Assembly: GCA_035948815.1 (NCBI GenBank)
Contig: DASZIU010000062.1
Span: 10,398 to 74,397 of the forward strand
Direction of reading: 5' to 3'
Source: Solirubrobacteraceae bacterium
GTDB lineage: Bacteria > Actinomycetota > Thermoleophilia > Solirubrobacterales > Solirubrobacteraceae
DNA: 64,000 bases
Under the pieces are notes generated by a model. That model had not been told where the DNA came from, did no database searches, and was given only the letters and a program-made list of their open reading frames with translations. The position numbers were made by a program, and so were the translations under genes. Of this stretch, positions 1 through 9,267 are shown piece by piece (position 1 is the first letter of the stretch; every line of letters begins with the position of its first letter).

Positions 1-336
1 GCGGACGCTGTGTCCGGCGGCCAGCAGCAGCGGGTGTGCCTGGCCAGGGCGCTCGCCGCGCGCCCGGAAGTGCTCGTCCTCGACGAGCCGACCAGCGCGC
101 TGGACCCGCACTCCGAGACGCTGATCCAGGAGTCGCTGACGGGGCTCAGGCACGAACTGACGCTGTTCATCATCGCCCATCGCATGTCGACGCTCGACAT
201 CTGCGACCGCGTGATGGTGATCAAAGACGGCCACATGGTCGCCTTCGAAACGACGGACCTGCTGCAGCAGAACAACTCCTACTACCGCAACGCCTCGACG
301 ATCGCCGCGGGGGCACCCGGCAGGACGATGCCATGA
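1..336 (+). CDS. ABC transporter ATP-binding protein, C-terminal part (truncated by window edge); probable polysaccharide exporter
   Basis: Signature SGGQQQR, Walker B VLVLDEPTSALD, switch IAHRMST. Confidence 0.9.
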   Translation, partial: ADAVSGGQQQRVCLARALAARPEVLVLDEPTSALDPHSETLIQESLTGLRHELTLFIIAHRMSTLDICDRVMVIKDGHMVAFETTDLLQQNNSYYRNASTIAAGAPGRTMP

Positions 337-1367
337 GCGCCTCCGAGGGGGTCAGCGGCTCGGCCACGCCCGATCAGGCCTGGACCGCACGCGCGCCGGC
401 GACGGTCGAGAGCAGGTCCGCTGCCCGGTCTCCGGACTTCTTCATCGTCGGCCATCCGAAGAGCGGCACGACGGCGCTGTATGAGATGTTGCGCGGGCAC
501 TCGCAGATCTACATGCCCGAGTCCAAGGAGCCGTGGTACTTCGCGACCGAGCTTCACCTGCGTCCGCCGCCGCGCCCGGGGGGGATCGCGCGCACGTTCG
601 AGGAGTATCAGTCGCTGTTCGCCGCGGCGCAGCCGCAGCAGCGGATCGGGGAGGCCTCGCCGATGTACCTGTGGTCGGCCACGGCCGCCGAGCGGATCGC
701 CGAGGTTCGCGAGGACGCGAGGGTGATCGCGATCCTGCGCGAGCCGGTGAGCTTCCTGCACTCGCTTCACCTGCAGTTCGTCAGAACCAACGTCGAGACC
801 GAGACCGACTTTCGTCGTGCGATCGAACTCGAGGACTCGCGGCGCGAAGGGCGCAACATCTCGGCTCACTCCTACTGGCCGAAGGCTCTCCTGTACTCGG
901 AGTACGTCTGCTACGTCGAGCAGCTGCGGCGCTTCGAAACGCTGTTCTCCCCCGAGCAGGTGCTGGTGCTCGTGTACGACGACTTCAGGTCGGACAACGA
1001 GGGCGTCGTGCGGCGCGTGCTCCGCTTCCTGGACGTCGACGACACGGCGCCGATCGAGCTCGTGGAGGCGAACCCGACCTTCGGCGTGCGCTCGCGGCGC
1101 CTGCATCAGGTCGTGCACGCGGTGTCGGTCGGCGCCGGCCCGATCTCCGCCGGGGCCAAGCGGGCGATCAAGACGCTCGTCCCCGGCCAGCTGCGCCGAA
1201 GCGCGCTCCACGCCACCCAGCGGCGTCTGCTGTACGGGGACCCGCAACCGCTCGACGAGGCGTTCATGCGCGAGCTTCGCGCGCGCTTCAGGCCGCACGT
1301 CGCAGCAGTGGCAGAGCACCTCGACCGCGACCTGCTCGCGCTATGGGGTTATGACGGCGAGCAGTGA
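333..1367 (+). CDS. PAPS-dependent sulfotransferase, paralog 1
   Basis: PDFFIVGHPKSGTTALY 5'-PSB loop, KEP, GEASP, ILREP..S; ATG 333 overlaps the ABC stop (ATGA). Confidence 0.9.
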   Translation: MSASEGVSGSATPDQAWTARAPATVESRSAARSPDFFIVGHPKSGTTALYEMLRGHSQIYMPESKEPWYFATELHLRPPPRPGGIARTFEEYQSLFAAAQPQQRIGEASPMYLWSATAAERIAEVREDARVIAILREPVSFLHSLHLQFVRTNVETETDFRRAIELEDSRREGRNISAHSYWPKALLYSEYVCYVEQLRRFETLFSPEQVLVLVYDDFRSDNEGVVRRVLRFLDVDDTAPIELVEANPTFGVRSRRLHQVVHAVSVGAGPISAGAKRAIKTLVPGQLRRSALHATQRRLLYGDPQPLDEAFMRELRARFRPHVAAVAEHLDRDLLALWGYDGEQ

Positions 1368-2343
1368 GACGGCCACGGCTGCGCTTGCAAGCCGGCTGCG
1401 GATCCCCGACTTCTTCATCCTCGGGCACGCCAAGAGCGGCACCACGGCGCTGTACGAGATGTTGCGCCGCCACCCGCAGATCTTCCTGCCCGACGCGAAG
1501 GAGCCTTGGTTCTTCGCGACCGACATGCGTCCCCGCTTCACGCCTCCGCTGGCCGGCACGCCGCCGCAGACGCTCGAGCAGTACGCGACTCTGTTCGCGG
1601 AGGCGGGTCCGGGGCAGCGCGTGGGCGAGGCGTCCTCCTCCTACCTGTGGTCTCGAACCGCGGCGACGGGCATCGCACGGGTGCAGCCCACGGCCCGCAT
1701 GATCGCGATCCTGCGCGAGCCGGCGAGCTTCCTGCGCTCGCTGCACCTGCAGCTGCTGCAGACACACGTCGAGTCAGAGCGCGACCTGCGCAAGGCGATG
1801 TCGCTCGAAGGCGCGAGGCGAGACGGCAAACACGTTCCCCGCCGCTCCCACCGCCCGCAGCTGCTGCAGTACGCCGAGCACGTGCGCTACGTCGAGCAGC
1901 TGCGCCGGTATCGCGAGCTGTTCGCGCCCGAGCAGCTGCTCGTGCTGATCTACGAGGACTTCCGCGCCGACAACGCGGCCACGCTCACGAGCGTTCTGCG
2001 CTTTCTCGACGTCGACGAGCGCCAGCCGCTCGACCTGCTGGACGCCAACCCGACGGTCGCTCTGCGCTCGCAGCAGCTCGACGAGCTCGTGCACTCGGTC
2101 TCGGTGGGCCGAGGGACGTTGCCGCGCGCGGCCAAGGCGGCGGTCAAGGCGCTCACCCCGCCGGCGACGCGCAGGAGCCTGTTGCGCCTGGCGCAGCGAC
2201 GGATCGTGCACGGGACCCCGCCGGCGCCCGACGAGCGGCTGATGCGGGAGCTGCGCCACCGCTTCAGGGCCGAGGTCGCCGCGCTCAGCGAATACCTGGA
2301 CCGCGACCTGGTCGCGCGCTGGGGCTATGACCGCCTCGCCTGA
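1351..2343 (+). CDS. PAPS-dependent sulfotransferase, paralog 2
   Basis: PDFFILGHAKSGTTALY, GEASS, ILREPASFLRS; ATG lies in the WGYD codons of the previous gene. Confidence 0.9.
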   Translation: MTASSETATAALASRLRIPDFFILGHAKSGTTALYEMLRRHPQIFLPDAKEPWFFATDMRPRFTPPLAGTPPQTLEQYATLFAEAGPGQRVGEASSSYLWSRTAATGIARVQPTARMIAILREPASFLRSLHLQLLQTHVESERDLRKAMSLEGARRDGKHVPRRSHRPQLLQYAEHVRYVEQLRRYRELFAPEQLLVLIYEDFRADNAATLTSVLRFLDVDERQPLDLLDANPTVALRSQQLDELVHSVSVGRGTLPRAAKAAVKALTPPATRRSLLRLAQRRIVHGTPPAPDERLMRELRHRFRAEVAALSEYLDRDLVARWGYDRLA

Positions 2344-3319
2344 GACCGCCTCAGTGGCGCACGCCCAGGGGCGACGGCTGCCGGACTTCTTCATCGTCGG
2401 GCACGCGAAGTCCGGCACCACGGCTCTCTACGAGATGCTCAGGCGCCACCCGCAGATATTCATGCCCGAGCTCAAGGAGCCGATGTTCTTCGCCCGCAAT
2501 CCCGGCGCCGGCACGCGCTTCGAGCAGACCGGCAATCGAACGGAAACGCTCGAGCAGTACCTCGCCCTGTTCGCGGGGGCCGGCGCCGAGCAGCTGGCCG
2601 GCGAGGCGTCGACCTTCTACCTGTGGTCGGCGCTCGCGCCACCGAGGATCGCCCAGCTGCAGCCCGACGCCCGGATCATCGCGATCCTGCGCGAGCCCGC
2701 CAGCTTCCTGCACTCGCTGCACCTCCAGGCCGTGCAGAACGGGGCCGAGACCGAGCGCGATCTGCGCAAGGCGCTGGCGCTCGAGGACGCACGCCGGAGG
2801 GGGCGGGAGATACCAGCCGCCGCCCACTGGCCGGCGGCGCTGATCTACTCCGACCGCGTGCGCTACGTGGAGCAGCTGCGCCGCTACGGCGAGCTGTTCG
2901 CACCCGAGCAGATGCTGGTGCTGATCTACGACGACTTCTCCTCCGATAACGAGGCCACGATCCGCAGGGTGCTGCGGTTCCTCGGCGTCGACGACGGCGT
3001 CCCGCTCGAGCTCGTCCGGGCCAATCGGTCGGTCGCGGTTCGCTCGGTGCGCCTGGACCGGATCGTCCGCGCGCTGCGTGGCGGGCGCGGCCCGCTGTCG
3101 GGCGCGCTGAGAAAGACGGTCAGGGGGGTCACGACCCAGGAGTCCCGGACGCGGCTGCTGCACCCGCTGCGCGGGCGCATGCTGTACGGCGCCCCGAAGC
3201 CGTCGGACGAGGAGCTGGTCCGCGAGCTGCGGATCCGGTTCAGGCCAGAGGTGCTCGCCCTCGGTGACTACCTCGGGCGCGATCTCGCGAGCCTGTGGGG
3301 CTATGACGACCTCGACTGA
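2327..3319 (+). CDS. PAPS-dependent sulfotransferase, paralog 3
   Basis: PDFFIVGHAKSGTTALY, GEAST, ILREPASFLHS. Confidence 0.9.
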   Translation: MTASPETASVAHAQGRRLPDFFIVGHAKSGTTALYEMLRRHPQIFMPELKEPMFFARNPGAGTRFEQTGNRTETLEQYLALFAGAGAEQLAGEASTFYLWSALAPPRIAQLQPDARIIAILREPASFLHSLHLQAVQNGAETERDLRKALALEDARRRGREIPAAAHWPAALIYSDRVRYVEQLRRYGELFAPEQMLVLIYDDFSSDNEATIRRVLRFLGVDDGVPLELVRANRSVAVRSVRLDRIVRALRGGRGPLSGALRKTVRGVTTQESRTRLLHPLRGRMLYGAPKPSDEELVRELRIRFRPEVLALGDYLGRDLASLWGYDDLD

Positions 3320-4268
3320 GCCGGCGCCGGCGGATGCGGGCCGTCGTGCGCGGATGCCCGACTTCTTCATCGTCGGCCATCACAAGAGCGGCACCACGGC
3401 CCTCTACGAGATGCTTCGCCGCCATCCTCAGATCTATATGCCCGACCTCAAGGAGCCGCGCTACTTCGCCAGCGACCTGCGTCCGCCCGTCGACTCTCCG
3501 GCATCGGCGCGCATCCCGCGCACGCTCGAGGAGTACCTCGCGCTGTTCGCCCCGGCAACGGCGGGGCAGCGCGTCGGCGAGGCCTCGCCCTCGTATCTGC
3601 GCTCGCGGGTCGCGGCACGCGAAATCGCCGAGCTGCAACCGGCGGCGCGCTGCGTGGCGATCCTGCGCGAGCCCGCCAGCTTCGTGCGCTCGCTGCACCT
3701 CCAGCTCGTGCAGGAACACGTGGAGACCGAGACGGACCTCGCCGAGGCCGTGGCCGGGGAGGAGATCGTCCGCGACGGACGGCAGATCCGCCGGTACTCC
3801 GACCACATCCACTACGTCGAGCAGCTCCGACGCTACGAGGACGCGTTCCCCTCCGGGCAGCTGCTGGTGCTGATCTACGACGACTTCAGGCGCGAGAACG
3901 TCGAGACGGTGCGCCGCGTCCTGCGCTTCCTGGACGTCGACGACGACGCGACCGTCGAGTCGATCGAAGCCAACCCGACGGTGAGCGTCCGCTCGATGCG
4001 GCTCGACGGAATCGTGCGCGCGCTCTACGGCGAGCACGGCGCGCCTTCGCGCGCCGTCAAGGGCGCGGTCCGCGCGCTGAGCACCGAGCGTCTGCGCCGC
4101 AGAGCGATGGGAACGCTGCGCCGGCGCGTCGCCTACCGCGAGCCGGACGCGCCCGACGAGCGTCTGATGGGGCAGCTGCGCGAGCGCTACAGGCCGGAGG
4201 TTGTCGCGCTCAGCGAGCACCTCGGTCGCGACCTGCTCGCGCTGTGGGGCTACGACCGTGCCGGCTGA
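3303..4268 (+). CDS. PAPS-dependent sulfotransferase, paralog 4
   Basis: PDFFIVGHHKSGTTALY, GEASP, ILREPASFVRS; alternative ATG at 3354. Confidence 0.9.
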   Translation: MTTSTEPAPADAGRRARMPDFFIVGHHKSGTTALYEMLRRHPQIYMPDLKEPRYFASDLRPPVDSPASARIPRTLEEYLALFAPATAGQRVGEASPSYLRSRVAAREIAELQPAARCVAILREPASFVRSLHLQLVQEHVETETDLAEAVAGEEIVRDGRQIRRYSDHIHYVEQLRRYEDAFPSGQLLVLIYDDFRRENVETVRRVLRFLDVDDDATVESIEANPTVSVRSMRLDGIVRALYGEHGAPSRAVKGAVRALSTERLRRRAMGTLRRRVAYREPDAPDERLMGQLRERYRPEVVALSEHLGRDLLALWGYDRAG

Positions 4269-5394
4269 GGCGGAGCTGTCCGGGCAGCGGGCCGGCTCGA
4301 CGCTCGACCCACGGTGGCGGGCCGAGCGCCTGCAGCTGCAGGAGCGCGCGCTCCCGACCGGTCGCGTCGTGGTCTCGTGTCCGGCGCCCTACGGCGTCGG
4401 CGGCCTCGGACGCCACGCGCAGGAGATCGTCGAGGCGCTTGGACGTCGCCAGCAGACGGCCGTCTACATCTCCGACGTCACTCGCAAGGCGTCCCGGCGG
4501 TCGGGCCCGCTGCCGGCGCTCCGCAGCGCCGCGGGGCGCACGGTCGTGCGCTCCTTCCCGGCGTGGCGGATGTCGCGGGGGAGCGTGCGCTTCGATGCCT
4601 TCGCCGCCGGCGGCCTGCCTCAGGCCGACCACCTGGTGGCGTTCAACGGCACGGCGCTCGCGCAGCTGCAGGCCGCGAGCCGGCTCGGGTACGACTCGGC
4701 GTCGCTGATGTCGGCCAACTCCCACATGCGACGCGTGATTCGCCAGCACGATCGCGCCCACCGCGACTATCCGCTGGAGCGCCCCTGGGCCACCCGCCTG
4801 CTCGAGCGCAACCTCGAGGAGTACGAGCTGGCCGATCGCATCCATGTCGCCTCGCGCTACGTCTGGGAGTCCTTCTCCGAGCAGGGAGTCGCCGATGAGA
4901 GGCTCTCCTTCTTCCCGCTCACTCCCGACCCCCGCTACGAGCCCCTGCCGAGGACGCCCTCGGACACCTTCGACGTGCTCTACGTCGGGAGCCTGCTCGT
5001 ACACAAGGGCGTGCCCCTGCTGCTCGACGCGTTCCGCCGCCTCGCCCACCCGGACATGCGCCTGATCCTGGTGGGGGGCTGGAAAACCCGCGGGATGCGC
5101 CGGTACGTGCAGCGCGCCCTCGCCGAGGACCCGCGCATCAGCGTGCAGGCCGGCGATCCGCTCCCGCGGCTGCTCGGCGCCCGCCTCTGCGTCCACGCCG
5201 CCTACGAGGACGGGTTCGCCTACGCCCCCGCCGAGGCGCTCGCGTGCGGCGTTCCGGTGATCGTCAGCGAGGACACCGGAATGAAGGAGCTCGTCTCTCC
5301 CGGCGCGAACGGGATGATCGTCCCCACGGGAGATCTGGTCGCGCTCAGCGAGGCAATCGACGCCGCGTACCGCGGCGAGATCCTGCGTGGCTAG
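4258..5394 (+). CDS. GT4 (GT-B fold) glycosyltransferase
   Basis: LYVGSLLVHKG and EDGFAYAPAEALACGVPVI motifs; GTG 4258 overlaps previous stop. Confidence 0.85.
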   Translation: MPAEAELSGQRAGSTLDPRWRAERLQLQERALPTGRVVVSCPAPYGVGGLGRHAQEIVEALGRRQQTAVYISDVTRKASRRSGPLPALRSAAGRTVVRSFPAWRMSRGSVRFDAFAAGGLPQADHLVAFNGTALAQLQAASRLGYDSASLMSANSHMRRVIRQHDRAHRDYPLERPWATRLLERNLEEYELADRIHVASRYVWESFSEQGVADERLSFFPLTPDPRYEPLPRTPSDTFDVLYVGSLLVHKGVPLLLDAFRRLAHPDMRLILVGGWKTRGMRRYVQRALAEDPRISVQAGDPLPRLLGARLCVHAAYEDGFAYAPAEALACGVPVIVSEDTGMKELVSPGANGMIVPTGDLVALSEAIDAAYRGEILRG

Positions 5395-6565
5395 CGCACC
5401 TCCGCCGGGCGGGGCTCCGATGAGCGTCGCCGTCGTCGGCATCTCGCTGAACGAGATCTGCGGCGTGCGAGATCACGCCCGGCTGCTCGCCGAGCAGCTG
5501 TCGGCCGAAGGAACGTCCTGCACCTGGCACTGGCTGCTTCGCAGGCAGCGCTCCCTGCGCGGCTCGCGCGCAGAGCTCGGCGCCTGGTCGCGGAGCCTCG
5601 CCCGCGAGCTCGCCGACGAGCGCCCTGACGCGATCCTGCTTCACTACTCGGTCTTCACCTATTCACACAAAGGCATTCCGCTGTTCGTACGCCCGGTCGT
5701 CTCGCGGCTGCTCCGCTCCGGGATCCCGATCGTCACCGTGATGCACGAGTTCGCCTACCCCTGGAGGTATGGCGGCTGGCGCGGCTCCGTGTGGGCGGTC
5801 AGCCAGCGGGCGCTGCTGATCGAGGTGATGCGCGCCTCGACGGGCGTCATCGTGACGGCCGACGCCCGCGCGAGCTGGCTTGCGACGCGCCGTTGGCTTC
5901 CCCGTCGCCACACGCTCGCCGCTCCGGTGTTCTCGAACCTCCCCGCGCCGACCGCGAAACCTGCAGGCGACGGCGCCCCACCCACGATCGGGCTCTTCGG
6001 CTACTCCTACCAGGGAGCCGCCGTGTCGGTGATCGCCGACGCGCTCGCCGACCTGCGCGCGAGCCGCGCGGATCTGCGGCTGGCGCTGCTCGGCGCCCCC
6101 GGTGCCGCCTCCGATGCCGGGGAGAGGTGGTTGAGGGTCGCACGCGGGCGCGGGATCGAGCCCGCGCTCTCTTTCACCGGCCCGCTCGGCGCGCAGGAGC
6201 TCTCCGATGCGCTCGCGCGATGCGACGTCCTGCTGTTCGCCGACGCCTCCGGGCCAACGTCGCGCAAGGGCTCGCTTGCCGCGTCGCTCGCCTCCGGCCG
6301 GCCGGTGGTGGCGCTCGACGGTCCCCTGACCTGGCAGGAGCCCGTCGACGCCGGCGCGCTGAGGATCGCCCCTGCGTCCGCCCGATCGCTGGCGGATGCC
6401 CTCGCCGCGCTGCTGGACGACCCGGATGCGAGCGACGCGCTCGGAGCGCGGGGGCGTTCCTTCGCGCTGAGGGAGATGGGCGTCAAGCGGACGGCCGACG
6501 CAGCCCAGGCGCTGCTTCGGGAGGCCGTTCGCGCCCGCGCGGGGCGCCGGCAGACGCTCAGCTGA
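5387..6565 (+). CDS. GT4-like glycosyltransferase
   Basis: CGVRDHA N-terminal motif, HE motif, KGSLAASLASGRPVV; alternative start ATG 5420. Confidence 0.8.
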   Translation: MASAPPPGGAPMSVAVVGISLNEICGVRDHARLLAEQLSAEGTSCTWHWLLRRQRSLRGSRAELGAWSRSLARELADERPDAILLHYSVFTYSHKGIPLFVRPVVSRLLRSGIPIVTVMHEFAYPWRYGGWRGSVWAVSQRALLIEVMRASTGVIVTADARASWLATRRWLPRRHTLAAPVFSNLPAPTAKPAGDGAPPTIGLFGYSYQGAAVSVIADALADLRASRADLRLALLGAPGAASDAGERWLRVARGRGIEPALSFTGPLGAQELSDALARCDVLLFADASGPTSRKGSLAASLASGRPVVALDGPLTWQEPVDAGALRIAPASARSLADALAALLDDPDASDALGARGRSFALREMGVKRTADAAQALLREAVRARAGRRQTLS

Positions 6566-7745
6566 GCGGGCGCGCGGTCTCCCATCTCGCGCCGGCCCGC
6601 TCGTAGCTCTCGAGCAGCGCGGCGAGATGCGTCTCGGGCGAGAACCTGCTGTTCACCGTGTCCCTGCCCGCGATCCCCATCAGCCGCTGGCGCTCGGGAT
6701 CGGCGAGCAGCTCGTCCAGTGCCTGGGCGAGCGCGCGGGCATCGCCCGGCGGCACCGTCAGGCCGTTCACCCCATGCTCGAGCCAGTCGCCGACACCGCC
6801 GGTGGCGCTCGCCACGGCTGGGCGACCGGCGGCGAACGCCTCGATCCCGACGAGCCCGAACGGCTCGGGCCAGACCGAGGGCAGGACGACGAGCGAGGCG
6901 TCGGCCAGCTCGGCCGCGAGGTCCTCGGCGCTCAGCCAGCCCCTGAAGCTCACGCGCTGCTCGACGTCGAGCTGCTGCGCGAGGTCCCGCATGAAGTCGA
7001 GCGCGCGGCCGTCTCCACACACGACGAACTCGGCATCGACCTCGCGCGCCGCGCGCAGCAGGACCTCGATTCCCTTCAGCTGCACGATTCGCCCGGCGAA
7101 CACGACCCGGCGCCGGCTCGCATGCCCCGCGCCCTCCCGCGCCGGCATCGTCGGAAAGTAGGGAACGAGCGCGCGCTCGGTCATCCCATTCGCCGCGAGA
7201 TGGCGGTCCACGGCGCTCGAGTACGACACCGCGAGGTCGGCGTGCCGGAGCGCCGAGCGGCCTCGGGTCGCGTTCCTGAACTTCACTGGAAGCGTTTTGC
7301 GGTGGCGTGTGTGAGCGCAGCCGCGCGCGAGCAGGTTGGGCACGCAGCCGAGCCCGTGCGAGCGCGTGCATTCGTGGCCGGGCTCGAAGTAGTACACGCC
7401 CGAGGTGCAGGCGGTGTAGCCGTGAGCGCTGACGACGACCGGTCCCCGGGCACGCAGCGCCGTGACCACCTGCGGATCGTCAACCTGGTGAATGTGAACG
7501 ACATCGGGCGAACAGCTGCGGGCCTCGCCCAGACGTTGATCCATGCTCTCCTTGCTCCTGAAGAGTCGAGGGCTCTCGATGACCGTCACACCCCGCACCT
7601 CTTCATCGGGATAGACCCGCGCAGCGAGCACCGTGACGTCGATCCCGCGCTCCGCCATGGCCGCCGCGCTCGCCTTCACATGCGCTGCGACTCCGCCGTC
7701 CCGTGTCCACCGCGGTGTTACGAGCAGGACCGACCGGGGCGTCAT
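6558..7745 (-). CDS. GT4 glycosyltransferase
   Basis: FAGRIVQLKG, PSVWPEPFGLVGIEAFAAGRP. Confidence 0.9.
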   Translation of the reverse strand: MTPRSVLLVTPRWTRDGGVAAHVKASAAAMAERGIDVTVLAARVYPDEEVRGVTVIESPRLFRSKESMDQRLGEARSCSPDVVHIHQVDDPQVVTALRARGPVVVSAHGYTACTSGVYYFEPGHECTRSHGLGCVPNLLARGCAHTRHRKTLPVKFRNATRGRSALRHADLAVSYSSAVDRHLAANGMTERALVPYFPTMPAREGAGHASRRRVVFAGRIVQLKGIEVLLRAAREVDAEFVVCGDGRALDFMRDLAQQLDVEQRVSFRGWLSAEDLAAELADASLVVLPSVWPEPFGLVGIEAFAAGRPAVASATGGVGDWLEHGVNGLTVPPGDARALAQALDELLADPERQRLMGIAGRDTVNSRFSPETHLAALLESYERAGARWETARPLS

Positions 7746-7870
7746 CGAGATGACATCGCGCGAGCGCAAGGCAACCGCTTGAAGGCCCGCTCGCTGATGT
7801 CGCTCCTCGGCCTGCCCACGAGGGCCGATGATAGCCTAGCCAGCCGCATGGGAAGGGTGAACAGACCGGT

Positions 7871-8650
7871 GTGGCAGGCTTCACCAGAGGTGTTGCAGGG
7901 ACAGTTGTGCGTTTGGTGAATCGCCTCGCCGGAGCGGCGTCGAGACGGCTCGGCCGGCCCGAGCTGCTTGCCGCGGTGGACTCACATGCCCGCCAGGCGC
8001 AGCAGGAGGCGATCGGGATAGCCGCGGTGCTCGCCGGATCGCTGCGCGGCGATGGAACCTACGTCGACGTCGGTGCAAACCGGGGGCAGGTCCTGCGCGA
8101 GGCTGTGCGCATCGCCCCGCGCGGCAGGCATCTTGCGTTCGAGCCGATCGCCTCCCTGGCGGCGCAGATCGCGCATGACCTACCCCAGGTCGACTGCAGG
8201 GCGAAGGCCCTCGGGGCGCGCGCGGAGATGGCAGAGTTCTGTCACTTCAGGGCGCTCGACGGATGGAGTGGCCTGCGCCGGCGCCCGGAGATAAGCGACA
8301 GCAGGGGGGAGCCGGAATACGTGACCGTGGAGGTCTCGACGCTCGACGCCGAGCTCGGGGAGATCGCCCCGAGCGTCGTCAAGATCGACGTCGAGGGGGC
8401 CGAGCTCGCGGTCCTGCAGGGAGGCCACCGGTCGCTGGCGGCCGCGCGCCCGCTTCTGATCTTCGAGCACACCCGCGAGGCCGCCGCGCTCTATGACGCC
8501 GAGCCGGGCGAGCTATGGGACCTACTCACCGAAATGGGCTATGAGATCTTCTCCGCGCTGGGAGAGGGTCCGTTCACACGCGCTGCTTTCATAGGCGACG
8601 GCAAAACGGTTAACTGGCTCGGCACGCCGCTCGGCGCGCCCACGCCCTAG
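7871..8650 (+). CDS. FkbM family methyltransferase
   Basis: YVDVGANRG, AFEP, VKIDVEGAELAVL; start may be GTG 7916. Confidence 0.9.
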   Translation: MAGFTRGVAGTVVRLVNRLAGAASRRLGRPELLAAVDSHARQAQQEAIGIAAVLAGSLRGDGTYVDVGANRGQVLREAVRIAPRGRHLAFEPIASLAAQIAHDLPQVDCRAKALGARAEMAEFCHFRALDGWSGLRRRPEISDSRGEPEYVTVEVSTLDAELGEIAPSVVKIDVEGAELAVLQGGHRSLAAARPLLIFEHTREAAALYDAEPGELWDLLTEMGYEIFSALGEGPFTRAAFIGDGKTVNWLGTPLGAPTP

Positions 8651-9171
8651 TGGCCGGTCGCTTCGCGGTGTTCCTGTCGCTTGAGCGCGGCGACTTCAGC
8701 CGCTTCTTCGCGCGCGAACTGCTTGAGCGCGGACTTTTCCGCCGCTTCTTCCTGCGGCGTGGCGTGGTTGCCCTTGTGGGTTGAGCCGTTCGGCGTCTTG
8801 TGGGCTTTCGCGCCACGGTGCCCGGCCCCGCGGCGTGCGCCGGCGCGCAGCCTCCTGCGCTTCGGCTTGGCCTTGCCTTCCTGCTGCGCCGCGCTGGCGA
8901 GCGCCGCTTTCTGCCTGCTCACTTCCGCTTCAAGGGCCGCTTCACGCTTCTTGGCTTCTTCGGACTGCTTCTTGGCTTCGGCTTCGAGCGCCGCTTCGGG
9001 ACCGGCGGGCGCGGTCGTCGATTTGGCGGCCGCTGCGCCCGCCGCAGCAGGCGGTTCGCGGTGTGATCCGCTTCCCCCGCAACCCGCGATCAGGGTCACG
9101 GAGGCGACCGCCAACAGCAGCCGGCCAGCGCGCAGCGACCGGCGATCGGGCTTGGGGAAGCTCGTCGACAC
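8647..9171 (-). CDS. Putative lipoprotein, Ala/Glu/Lys-rich coiled coil
   Basis: Signal peptide with lipobox LIAG-C; -10 TAGAAT 6 nt upstream of GTG (leaderless pattern). Confidence 0.7.
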   Translation of the reverse strand: MSTSFPKPDRRSLRAGRLLLAVASVTLIAGCGGSGSHREPPAAAGAAAAKSTTAPAGPEAALEAEAKKQSEEAKKREAALEAEVSRQKAALASAAQQEGKAKPKRRRLRAGARRGAGHRGAKAHKTPNGSTHKGNHATPQEEAAEKSALKQFAREEAAEVAALKRQEHREATGH

Positions 9172-9267
9172 TCCCTGATTCTACGCGGTCCCATCGACTA
9201 CGATGCCACGCGTGATCTGCGACGAGCCGGGTGCTTCCGGGCCGCACCCAGATGATTCGGTGGCGGG

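Noticed and set aside
36-332. N-terminal extension of sulfotransferase 1 (ORF from 36), and similar extensions (817-1350, 40685-41374, 48516-48689)
   Set aside because: They overlap upstream genes or promoters. Coupled starts (ATGA/GTGA) or an RBS give better starts, and there is no evidence for frameshift fusions.
7848-7919. 23-aa uORF (MGRVNR...LCVW) ending on the FkbM GTG 7916
   Set aside because: A GTGA start automatically creates such a frame, the -10 spacing (10 nt) is poor for a leaderless start, and the FkbM start itself is uncertain.
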